DNA of 64,000 bases from an uncultured delta proteobacterium (GCA_963810935.1 CAWEPK010000005.1:32001-96000); one strand, 5' to 3'; positions 45,298-54,543 are shown, counted from the first letter of the stretch. Numbers and translations: made by a program. The notes: generated from the sequence alone by a model not told the origin.

Positions 45298-45357
45298 CAG
45301 TCGCGAGATTACCGTCCGGAGGCAAAACCGGCCTTTATTCCTGTGGGCAACCAGGCT

Positions 45358-46430
45358 ATGACCGTTGCGCCGAAAAGGATCTATGAGGCTCGATCTTCTG
45401 CGTCTGATCGGGGCAGCTATGGTGGTGTTTTACCATTATGCGTTTTTCATCCGATATGCCGCTGCCGGGAAGATAATAATACCTTATCCATGGCTGGCGG
45501 CCTATGCAAAATATGGATATCTCGGCGTAGACCTTTTTCTTTATAATCAGCGGTTTCGTCGTGTTTATGGGAACGGCGTCCATGGGCTCGCCGCAACGTT
45601 TTTTGATGGCCCGCATCGTTCGCCTGTACCCGGTGTTCCTGGTGTGCTGCTCCATAACTTTCCTCGTAACGGCCCTGATCGGCGCTCCCTACTATGCTGT
45701 AACATTTCGGCAGTTTATAGCCAACTTAACGATGCTGAGCGGTTTTTTCGGTGTTGACGCTATAGACGGCGTATACTGGACTTTGTTCATAGTCATACAA
45801 TTCTACTTCATAGTGTTTGTGATGTTGGCGCTTCGTATCGGACGATATTGGGAAGCTTTTCTCGGCCTCTGTCTCCCCATATTATTGATTTTGATAATTT
45901 CGCATGTGAAGTGGGTGAACGGTTCCGCTGCAATCTACTACGCTCCCCACCTCGTTGTCGGAGCCATGTGTTATGTCATTTACGATCGGGGCATCAACTG
46001 GTACCGTGCTCTTGTTACGGGTTTTGCCGCGATTTGCGCTGTCCTCGTAGCTGTGCGTCAAACCTCCTGGCTGTCGTCTCACTTTGCCGTGCCGTTTAGC
46101 CCGGCGATATCGGCGATTATCGTGGCTTCTTTCGTTATGATTGTTTTCTTCATTTCCGTCAGCAGGGCCAAATGGTTGTCTTCACCTAAATGGCTGCTGC
46201 TGGGCGGCATTACGTATCCGCTTTATTTGATACATGCAAAAGTGGGCTCCATACTTTTTTATATCCTCTCTCCCTATCTGAATATTCATCTGCTTTTGTG
46301 GGCCATTATCCTGGCGGTGTTGCTTTTTGCATACTCCATCCATATGCTTGAACGAAAGTATTTGAATCCCTACAAGAGTCGCGGAATGCGGTCTGCCGAG
46401 CCGGTCCGTAAAGTACGGACAGCGGCTTAA
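45358..46430 (+). CDS. Acyltransferase family 3 (OafA-like); frameshifts at about 45387 and 45535
   Basis: LDLLR, GVDLF(FIISGF), R..RLYP, YWTL, LG.ITYPLYLIH. Confidence 0.85.
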
Positions 46431-46467
46431 GCGGTGCATCTCTCTACATCTGCTATGGGCGGATCGA

Positions 46468-48207
46468 TCAGATATTTGACGGATCGGGCGGCCCCTGCGT
46501 TCCTTCCCTGTCGAAGAAATGGAGGGAACATGAGTCGGGTAGAAAAAGACCGTATTCTCTCAGGTTTCTGGCCAAAAGAACTTTTTCCGAGGGCTCCAGG
46601 GCAAAAAACCCTATTTTCGTATTTCCGAAGCCGGTAACCCTCGGCATTTGCATCTCCGCTACCTTTATCCACGCCGCCGGTATCACGTCCCCAATCTCAC
46701 TCCACTCTGTTTGCAGGATCGCGATCCTAGCCGCTTTGGATTTCGCCCATCGAAATACTTCATCTTTCGAGAAGCCGCCGGGCCGCCCCCTCAAGGCCAG
46801 GGGCTCCAGGCTGGCGAGCCCGTAAACATCCAGAATGCGGCAGTCCGAGTAAAATGAGACGGCCCCGATGTCATTGACCGCAATGGTGGAGCCGCTGTAG
46901 TAGCGGTCGGCAAACCTTGCCGCGAAAACGTGCTCGACAAACCTGTCGTGCATGGCCCTTGGAGGATGGAGAAGCGATTTGACGCTCAGCTCCGCAAACG
47001 GCCATAAGATCATCGCAGCCGCAAGCGCGGCCGCAAAGTAATGGGAAGGAGAACGTCTACAGAGCATCGAGATTGACTCACGTATCCGGGGCAGCAAATA
47101 ACAGCCCGAAATCATGGCTGTCTCTATGCCCAGCACGACGATATATGCTTCATACCTGAAAGGCCATATACCGGCCAGGCTAAATTGTACATGGAACAGC
47201 AATAGAAAAAGGAAGATAAGATTCAGCCACCGTATGCGGACGCTCGATGCGTCTTCTCCGGCGGCGGAGAATATGAGGCTGCATACACTCATTAACGCAA
47301 GCATAAGCATGTGGGGATTGCTTTCCAGCTTGTCTATGCCCGAAAAAAGAAACTTGACCATTGCTTTCGAAGAGAGCGTGCCTGGCATGGGGCTTTTGAG
47401 CAGGATGGAATTGGGAAAAAAATACCACCCCTTGGCTACCGACACGAGGCCGTACGCCACGATCGGCGCCATGCCCAGACACAACATAGCCACGGCTGGA
47501 ACGTATCTCTTTTTGGCCGCCATTACTATGCTTACAATCAAAACCAGCGCTGCCCCTTCGGGTCGAGCCGCTGTAATAAGAGGCGAGCAAAGGAGTAACA
47601 AGACCGCGGTCCTCGTCGGTTTTCTCTCGTCGTTCGAAAGGATGTTCATCGCCAGCATCAAACAGGATACGGACAGAAGGATTTGCAGAATATGCTCCAT
47701 GCCCGACATAACCAGCGAGGGCAGGCCGGCAGCCAGAGTCACCGAAATGAGAGTTCCGAAAAGAATAAAAGGTGACTCGACATAATTCCTCAGGAAGATA
47801 AAAGAGACGAACAGGACCAGACTTCCCAGAATGATGTTAAGCACAAGGGGTGCGAGCTCGTTGCCGCCCGAAAGATAACCGGCCGGCGCCAACACAAGGG
47901 GCCATAATATGGAAGTGCCTGAAGAGGAAAAGGCATACCGCGTAACACCCCATACGCCGTACCGGGCTAAATTCTTTGCTATGGCCAGATTGATATACGT
48001 ATCATCGAGGGAGTAGACCAACTCACCCCGGTTTTGGGAGACAGATACGGCAAGGATAATGAAAACGGCCAACCAGAAAAGAGGTATTGTCGCGAGTAAC
48101 GGCCAGTACTTCTTCAGCAATTTCCTTCCCCGGTGACTCCCGCTTGCGTAACCATATGAGCGGTTCCCCAATGAGCCTCCTGAGGGCACGAGGTCCATGT
48201 CTGTCAA
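46468..48207 (-). CDS. Polytopic membrane protein, GT-C glycosyltransferase-like
   Basis: DDTYI after first TM, GME, RPEG, DIGA...D..GL motifs. Confidence 0.6.
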   Translation of the reverse strand: MTDMDLVPSGGSLGNRSYGYASGSHRGRKLLKKYWPLLATIPLFWLAVFIILAVSVSQNRGELVYSLDDTYINLAIAKNLARYGVWGVTRYAFSSSGTSILWPLVLAPAGYLSGGNELAPLVLNIILGSLVLFVSFIFLRNYVESPFILFGTLISVTLAAGLPSLVMSGMEHILQILLSVSCLMLAMNILSNDERKPTRTAVLLLLCSPLITAARPEGAALVLIVSIVMAAKKRYVPAVAMLCLGMAPIVAYGLVSVAKGWYFFPNSILLKSPMPGTLSSKAMVKFLFSGIDKLESNPHMLMLALMSVCSLIFSAAGEDASSVRIRWLNLIFLFLLLFHVQFSLAGIWPFRYEAYIVVLGIETAMISGCYLLPRIRESISMLCRRSPSHYFAAALAAAMILWPFAELSVKSLLHPPRAMHDRFVEHVFAARFADRYYSGSTIAVNDIGAVSFYSDCRILDVYGLASLEPLALRGRPGGFSKDEVFRWAKSKAARIAILQTEWSEIGDVIPAAWIKVAEMQMPRVTGFGNTKIGFFALEPSEKVLLARNLREYGLFLPDSCSLHFFDREGTQGPPDPSNI

Positions 48208-48696
48208 AACGTACTCCTGGGATAGCGGCCCCCGGAAGGCAACATCCGATCTTTAGAGCAGACACGAGGTAGGCGCCGTGGACAGTTTAGCATCACGGTC
48301 GGTCGGATTCTACAATTTTTCGCTCTTCTCGAAAGATATTTGACACTACCTCCAAGGACAGCCCTTTACCTGTTTTTGGATGCAGAAAACTCATATCTAC
48401 TATACAAAAACAGGATAGACCGACGCCCTGCTAACCTTTTGACAAGCACACTGGTTTTGAAGAGCATAAAACACCGAAAACGAAGTTCTCACAAAACCCG
48501 CACAATTCCTCACAATCCGTTCATTATGAGTGAATGGTTTTCCGGTTTTCCTTTATCGATAGGAATCGGTGATAAATGGTTGTATTCGAAGCGGGATGGG
48601 CATAAGGCAGCCATAAAACCCCAGAAGTCAAACAGTACTGAAACGACTCACGGCCGAGGGTCGACGAAAACTTTTGTGATAGGGCACGCGTCAGAA

Positions 48697-48757
48697 TGTC
48701 TTGTGCTTCAAGACAAACCAATCCATTCGACAAGATTCTGTCTTGAGGTACAAGACG
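48697..48757. promoter_or_regulatory. Twin palindromic sites GTCTTG-N5-CAAGAC
   Basis: 48697-48715 and 48739-48757, 42 bp apart. Confidence 0.5.
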
Positions 48758-48781
48758 TTTATGCTCAATTTAGCGAATGAG

Positions 48782-49155
48782 TCAGCCTATGTTGTTTGCC
48801 AAAGATCCCAGCATAGACACCATCTCTCCTTGCCACTCTTTCAAAAGTTCTTCGCCTTTCTTCGTCAACCTCCAACAAGGTTTTTTGTTTATCTCCTCCC
48901 GTTTAACAATGTCCATTTCACGATATCTTCCGAGTTCCTCAGCAAGGCCAGACCCAATCGACCAAGCAACGTAGAATGTCGGAATCTCCTTATTCGCTTT
49001 CTGCCAATTCTCTGCCAGTTTCCTCTGACATCTCGTCTGAACAAACCCCACTATTGTTGTGAATTGTGTAAAGAAGCAGCCACTCAGACGCCCTGAATAC
49101 GCCTCGTTGTAGGGTTTCGGAAGCTTTCCCTTACCGCAGCCTCTTGCATCGCCAT
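48782..49155 (-). CDS. Winged-helix (PadR-like) protein, apparently frameshifted twice
   Basis: AGGAGG RBS and ATG at 49155; C-terminal WRLTKKGEELLKEW wing motif. Confidence 0.55.
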
Positions 49156-49178
49156 GGAACCCTCCTATGTTCTTGTGC

Positions 49179-50849
49179 CTACCTATGTTTCTCTTTGCTT
49201 CTAAGCAAATCTTGTGCCCAAAGTTGTTTCATATGATCCTTGATTCGAGTTCTATTGTCAGCTATGATCGCCTGCCACTCTGATGATGCGGGTTTTTTCT
49301 TCCTAACGACAAAAAGGAACAGTTGCATATCATTACCCCAGGCATCCTGCAATTGTTTTACGCTCTCCGATAGGTCTGACAATGGAACTGCACGTTTATT
49401 GTTATCGATCAAGCAAGTCAAAGTCTTAAATTCCGTTCTTACCAGACGTGATGCTTCTCCAGATATCATCGCCGTTTCCTCATACCGTATGGCCGAGTAG
49501 CTCTTGAATTTGCCCCTATCAGTTTCGAGAATAAACTGCTCGTCAGTGAAAAGGACTTCCTTCAGGCGATGTTCGTCCCTAATAACGAGATGTTCATTCG
49601 CCTTTTCGACATAATCGTTGAGCAGCGGCCTTCTTGAGGACAAATTATCCCCATATACACCCTCACTTCTTATCAAAACCTTTAGTTCTTCATCGAAGGC
49701 ACGGTACTCACTTATGTTTTTGAAGACCGCTTTAGCGTACTTTTCCCTAAAAAGAACTATCCGAAGAAGTGGACATAATATTTCGAAATCATTTTTGAAT
49801 TCCTCATCGGTTTGCTGGCAGATGCGAAACGCCTCCCTCAGCTTCGACGTGAGAACGTCATCGTTGAAAGGAAGTTCATCTATGATATATCTGCTATAGT
49901 GAAAGTCGTCAATCTTAAGCAAATTTCCCAGAGGATGGCCAGGCTGTTTCGAATGCCTTAGCAACCTCATGATGATCTGCTCCATAGCCGTATCCGTCAG
50001 CACCACGTGCGGATGGTAGTAAAGCCATTTGTACAACTTGTAACGCTCAAGAAAGAAGGCTTCGACCGTGCTAAGGGCAGACATGGAGGGCATTACTTGA
50101 TAGTATTTTCCCGCATTATCCCAAAATAAAACCATTGACTCCACGAGTCGAGTAAGGTCGTATTGGCCAAATCCAATTCCACTCGCAATGCCGTCCCTGA
50201 TGATGAAGTCAGCGCGATCAGCGTCCACGTCCGACGAAACAATGCCATGAATTGTAGCAAATACGTTCAAAGGTTGAGGGCCAAAAATGTTTAGCAACTT
50301 GTCCTTGTAGTCATAGCCACCTTTCAATAAAGGATCAAGCTCCGCGTTATCTCGTATCAGACAGAAGGTCGCAAATTCATGAATGGGTGGCGCTTTTCCA
50401 TCAGCCTTCTCTGCAAAGCGGTTGAAGGCAGGATCTTTGCTATACAAATCAACCCCATCCTCTCCTATAACCGTCTCGCTCAGGTGGGACAGAGGTAAAT
50501 GACCAAGGTCATGGAGCAAGCCGGACAACCTTACGAGTTGCAAGAACAGTTTTTTACTTTCCTCCAAGTCCTTTCCGCCAAGGGACTTCTGACAAAGCTC
50601 AAGGAAGTGAAGCCGATCATCCTTGTCTGACATCTCTATTGCATAGGATGCCATTTTGCCCGCTAATTCCATCGTTCCCAAACTGTGTACGAAGCGATCC
50701 ACATGGTGAGATGGATACGTGAAATATGCGGTTGAGCTTTGTTTGATGTTCTGAAGCCGAAGGAAGATTCTGGTGTTTATGATCTCTGTCTCAAGGGGGC
50801 TTAAGTGTATATAATTATGTACAGGGTCTCGAATTACTTTCTGGGCCAT
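49179..50849 (-). CDS. HD-domain phosphohydrolase, SAMHD1/dNTP triphosphohydrolase-like
   Basis: IRDPVH, RL..IKQ, RF.HSLG, LLHDLGH.PLSH, HE, DADRAD...RD, YYHP. Confidence 0.88.
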   Translation of the reverse strand: MAQKVIRDPVHNYIHLSPLETEIINTRIFLRLQNIKQSSTAYFTYPSHHVDRFVHSLGTMELAGKMASYAIEMSDKDDRLHFLELCQKSLGGKDLEESKKLFLQLVRLSGLLHDLGHLPLSHLSETVIGEDGVDLYSKDPAFNRFAEKADGKAPPIHEFATFCLIRDNAELDPLLKGGYDYKDKLLNIFGPQPLNVFATIHGIVSSDVDADRADFIIRDGIASGIGFGQYDLTRLVESMVLFWDNAGKYYQVMPSMSALSTVEAFFLERYKLYKWLYYHPHVVLTDTAMEQIIMRLLRHSKQPGHPLGNLLKIDDFHYSRYIIDELPFNDDVLTSKLREAFRICQQTDEEFKNDFEILCPLLRIVLFREKYAKAVFKNISEYRAFDEELKVLIRSEGVYGDNLSSRRPLLNDYVEKANEHLVIRDEHRLKEVLFTDEQFILETDRGKFKSYSAIRYEETAMISGEASRLVRTEFKTLTCLIDNNKRAVPLSDLSESVKQLQDAWGNDMQLFLFVVRKKKPASSEWQAIIADNRTRIKDHMKQLWAQDLLRSKEKHR

Positions 50850-51146
50850 AATAGCTTCATATCAATGTTGCGAGCAATTAAGAACGGCATCAGCAGGCAA
50901 GCACAAGGTACATGGGCCTCTCCGTTACATGCGTTGTCTTCTCCATTTGTTTTGCGCCGATGCCCATACCTGCACACTTTCTATTATACTTACCACACTG
51001 AAGCAGAAAACAAAACATTAAAAGTTGTTGTTTTTGCTGGCCACCGCCTGTCATGCTCTTAATTATCTTGATAATAAGCGCTTTTCCGCCTCTGGGATTC
51101 CTGAAACTCCGGCGCTATTCTTGAGCACAGTGGATCGCCCTGGTTT

Positions 51147-51240
51147 TCACGACAACTGGCTTATCATCCTAGGCAACATCAGTGGGTCTTTGCATACCAT
51201 GAAATCCCATTTCCCCAGCCGTCCCCAGTTGTTCACTACT
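51147..51240 (-). pseudogene. Possible C-terminal remnant of a type III restriction (Res) subunit
   Basis: VVNNWGRLGKWDFMVCKDPLML then TGA; recognised from memory only. Confidence 0.4.
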
Positions 51241-51484
51241 ATGGGCCTTAACCTGTGAATTTAAAAGGGTTTTGGAAAGACTGTATAGTGAAATGTATAG
51301 GAGGGGTAAGTATGAAGATCGCAGAGATTGACAAGAATAAAACAGAGAAAATCTTTATCAGCATTGAGGAATACCGGAGTCTCTATGCTATAAAAGCCCT
51401 CTTCCACAGGGACGGATAAAAAGGCTACCCTCTTTCTCTTAAGCGATGGATGCACATCGCAAACCAAGGAAAGGGAGGTAGCCA

Positions 51485-52558
51485 ATGGAGATTGATAGGG
51501 TACAGGATTTTGTGGTTGAAGGTAAAGAGGTTTTTATCGGTTTGGAAGACTCAAAGAAGACCTGGAAGATAGCAGTTCGGTGCGACAGGATGGTGATCCA
51601 CCAGGTATCCATGGAGGCAAAGTATGTCTTGCTGAAGCAATACCTGAGAAACAGGTTCCCCGGTTGCACGGTCCATTTGATGTACGAAGCAGGCTTCAAG
51701 GGGTTCAACCTTCACGATCTTCTTGCCGAAGACGGCATCGACTGCGTGGTGATCCCTCCCCATATGGTGACGGAGCCGAAGGCAAACAAGGTTAAGACCG
51801 ATAAAAGGGATGCAAACCGTCTCGCCCGCATCCTGGAGAGCCACGATTACGGGGACCCCTGCTGTGTACCCGACAAAGAGAGGAGGGAGGACCGGCAGGT
51901 AAGCCGTACCATAATCGCCATACAGAAGGATATCATCGGTAACCGCAACCGCATCCGCAAGCTCCTCGACTTTCACGGGATCGAGGGCCCCTTTGCCGGT
52001 AAGAGCGAAGGGGCGAAAGGAGTTCGAGGGTCTTCGGACATTACCCCTGAGCGATCCCTTAAGGGCAGCTCTGGGCTCGCTTTTGACCATACTGGAGGAA
52101 CTGTGGGGCCAGCGTGCGGTCTTGAGGGACTATCTCCGGGGTCTGTGCAAGAAGGAGCGTTATAGAAAGCCCTACGAGGTCGCAAAGAGCATCCCCGGCA
52201 TAGGGTGGTTCACAGCCATCCGCCTGATATTAGAGTGGGGGAGGATCTCTCCCGTTTCGGAAGCGGGAAGAAGATCGCAGGCTTCGTGGGGTTGGGCTGC
52301 AGCGAGCATTCGACGGGCCAGACCGAACGGAAAGGTCGTATCACGGGCATGGGGTCGGGGTTCATACGGCATATCCTGGTCGAGAATGCCTGGATAGCGA
52401 TCAGAAAGGACCCGGCCCTGCTGTCCAAGTTCTCACGGGTATGGCGGTCGAGCGGCAGTAAGAAGAAAGCCATAGTGGCAGTTGCCCGTACTCTTATTGT
52501 GCGCCTTCGGGCCTGCATGCTTTCGGGCAGGCCTTATACGGTCGGAGTTATTAGATAG
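51485..52558 (+). CDS. IS110-family recombinase; frameshifts at about 52010 and 52240
   Basis: FIGLED, YEAG, KTDKRDA (RuvC-like), SIPGIG, GL...EHSTG, A.VAVAR. Confidence 0.9.
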
Positions 52559-52564
52559 GATGAG

Positions 52565-52720
52565 CCTGACGGAAGAGGACCTTAACGGAACAAGGGCGTA
52601 CAACGCCACGTACGCTGTATTAAAGAACGGCCCGGAGTATGTTGACGCCCGTTCCTCTTTTTTCGAAAAGCAGACACATGTGGGTTGGACCACGAATAGC
52701 AGCTTGCAAAGAACCTCCTC
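52565..52720 (+). ncRNA. Candidate bridge/seek RNA in the IS 3' non-coding region (limits approximate)
   Basis: Two stem/internal-loop/hairpin modules with matches to reconstructed target and donor. Confidence 0.65.
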
Positions 52721-53136
52721 TTCAAAAAGGCTCGCGCTTCGGCCGCGGACCTGTGTAAGGTCGTCGGCCTCGCGCTCGCTATCGGATATGTACTCATAAT
52801 AACAAGGGAAAGTCATGGACTGACCCATAAAGAAAAGGGGGTAGCAAAAGCCCGCTGGAAGAATCCGTTGACTTTTATCATAGCAGGCGTACGTTTGTAG
52901 ACCTTCGGGTGTACTGGAAGGATGAAGTGGGCGAGTATAAGTCGTCAAAGAAAGGAATTGCCCTTTACGATGAGACCATTGACCCGGTTATCGAGGCGCT
53001 CAAGAAAGCGAGTAAGGCCCTTGAAAAGTGAGACAACCTATTCCTCTCGCGCCCGCGTATATAAATCACGGAATCTATCCGTGGTCCCCTTCAACCGGCT
53101 GTATCCTAGTCCTATACCTCTCGCGTTTTTTGTCAT

Positions 53137-53712
53137 TTGCGCGTCAACCATCATCCCTATGCACCTTCAACGAAGCTTATCGAACGGTACCAAACCGACT
53201 GTCTTGAACAAGGGCATCAGAGAGATAAAGAGGGCAAGGTTGTACCAGGAAACATGCCAGCGACGATAAACCGGCATGTCGCTGTCATGAAACAAATGTT
53301 TACCAAGGCCGCCGAGTGGGAAATGGTCGAAGAAGAACGCTCAAAGATCGTCCACAAGGTGAAGCTGCTTGAAGAGAACAACAACAGGCTACGTTTTCTG
53401 TCCAAAGACAAATGCCAAGCCCTTGTGAAGGCTTCTGACGCGCACCTCAGACCCATTGTTATCTGTGCCCTTAATGCAGGGGTGAGAAATGGCGAAATCT
53501 TTGGGCTAAAGTGGGACGATGTAGACCTGAAGCACAGTTTCATCCTTCTACAAATCACAAAGAACGGGGAGGGCCGCGAGATACCGATCAACAGGACACT
53601 CAGAGCAACCTTCGATGACCCTCTACGCGGGAACGAAAGAACGGCCCAGGCGTCTCGATATCCCATACGTCTTCCAGGTATACAAAAACTATACAATCGG
53701 GAAGATGTATGA
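53137..53712 (+). pseudogene. Tyrosine recombinase (integrase) remnant
   Basis: ATINR, RFLS, ALNAGVRNGEI.GLKW.DVD, TKNGE.REIPIN; HxxR and catalytic Tyr region missing; abuts tRNA-Cys 3' end. Confidence 0.85.
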
Positions 53713-53744
53713 TCGGGTGATGTTAGTTAAGTTGTTGAAATTAG

Positions 53745-53819
53745 TGGAGGCGGCATCCGGATTTGAACCGGAGAATAACGGTTTTGCAGACCGCTGCCTT
53801 ACCACTTGGCTATGCCGCC
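53745..53819 (-). tRNA. tRNA-Cys (GCA)
   Basis: GGCGGCATAGCCAAGTGGTAAGGCAGCGGTCTGCAAAACCG...GGTTCAAATCCGGATGCCGCCTCCA. Confidence 0.97.
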
Positions 53820-53825
53820 ACTTGA

Positions 53826-53890
53826 GGAGCGGGCACGCTTTCACCCGCGACATATGTGTTTTTGGAGCGGGCAACGTCTCCACCCGCGAC
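53826..53890 (-). repeat. Two tandem degenerate copies of the tRNA-Gly 3' end
   Basis: GTCGCGGGT...CCCGCTCC(A) at 53863-53890 and 53826-53851; 38-39 nt period. Confidence 0.85.
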
Positions 53891-53901
53891 GCTTTTGTAT
53901 T

Positions 53902-53976
<75 letters not shown>

Positions 53977-53986
53977 TAATGCTGTA

Positions 53987-54015
53987 ATGATACCGAAAAT
54001 CCCGGCCTGTGTCAA
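53987..54015 (-). promoter_or_regulatory. Sigma70 promoter of the tRNA operon
   Basis: TTGACA-N17-TATCAT. Confidence 0.75.
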
Positions 54016-54016
54016 C

Positions 54017-54424
54017 TCAGTATTCCGACAAATCGGGCTTTGCCCGTCTCGCTTTCTTGCTCGTCTGCAAGTGCTTCATCTCCAGCACCTTTTCTTTCGC
54101 GCGTCTGGAGCGTCGCCTTTTCTGCCGCCTCACCTTTTCTATGGCCTTTTGCTGTTCGCTCTGCCTGCCCTCGACCATGTTCTCGATCTTCTGCACAAGG
54201 AGCCTTCGCGCGAAAAACCGGTTAGCGGCCTGGTAGCGCTCCTGCTGGCACTTCACTTCCAGGCCCGTAGGCAAATGCTTCAGATAAACGCAGGTGTTAA
54301 CCTTGTTGACGTTCTGGCCGCCGTGGCCCCTCGACCGCACGAAGCGCTCGATTATGTCCGTTTCCCGTATACCGAGACGCTCCATCCGCTCCTGCAGGGC
54401 CTTCTCTTTTTCGCTGCTTACCAT
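54017..54424 (-). CDS. Peptide chain release factor-like GGQ protein (ArfB-like)
   Basis: RSRGHGGQNVNKV, H.PTG..V.CQ..R.Q..NR, basic C-terminal tail. Confidence 0.85.
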   Translation of the reverse strand: MVSSEKEKALQERMERLGIRETDIIERFVRSRGHGGQNVNKVNTCVYLKHLPTGLEVKCQQERYQAANRFFARRLLVQKIENMVEGRQSEQQKAIEKVRRQKRRRSRRAKEKVLEMKHLQTSKKARRAKPDLSEY

Positions 54425-54543
54425 CTGCTCTATCTCCACGAAAAGTATAAACCTTAAAGGGGGCTGCTGTGAAGTCCCCACCGGAATCAATGACCGTTTT
54501 GCAAGCATCTCACCTATCCAGGACAACGAGCGAAGCGAGTCAT

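Larger units (their letters stand above)
51378..52886 (+). mobile_element. IS110-family insertion sequence, AG core at both ends
   Basis: Transposase inside; ends fixed by PC4 frame restoration and junction promoter. Confidence 0.85.
51312..53031 (+). pseudogene. PC4/YdbC-family ssDNA-binding protein gene interrupted by the IS110 element
   Basis: 51312-51379 joined to 52887-53031 gives an intact 70-aa frame MKIAEIDKNKTEKIFISIEEYRRRTFVDLRVYWKDEVGEYKSSKKGIAL...; AGGAGG RBS. Confidence 0.85.

Noticed and set aside
48250..48520. att direct repeat of the tRNA-Cys 3' end marking the island's far boundary
   Set aside because: No copy of TGGAGGCGGCATCC found by eye; boundary inferred only from composition.
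48340..49096. Plus-strand ORFs 48340-48780 and 48701-49096
   Set aside because: No RBS or recognisable motifs; they overlap the palindromes and the minus-strand wHTH gene.
51278..51289. Alternative IS left end at AG 51278-51279, which also gives TTGACT-N17-TATAGT on circularisation
   Set aside because: It would put the PC4 5' half inside the IS and does not restore the gene; the candidate guide CCGGAG matches the 51378 site. TATAGT is more likely the PC4 gene's own -10.
52882..52883. Alternative IS right end at the earlier AG
   Set aside because: In frame but adds a codon, gives 14-nt promoter spacing and loses the ATAGCAG guide match; less likely, not excluded.
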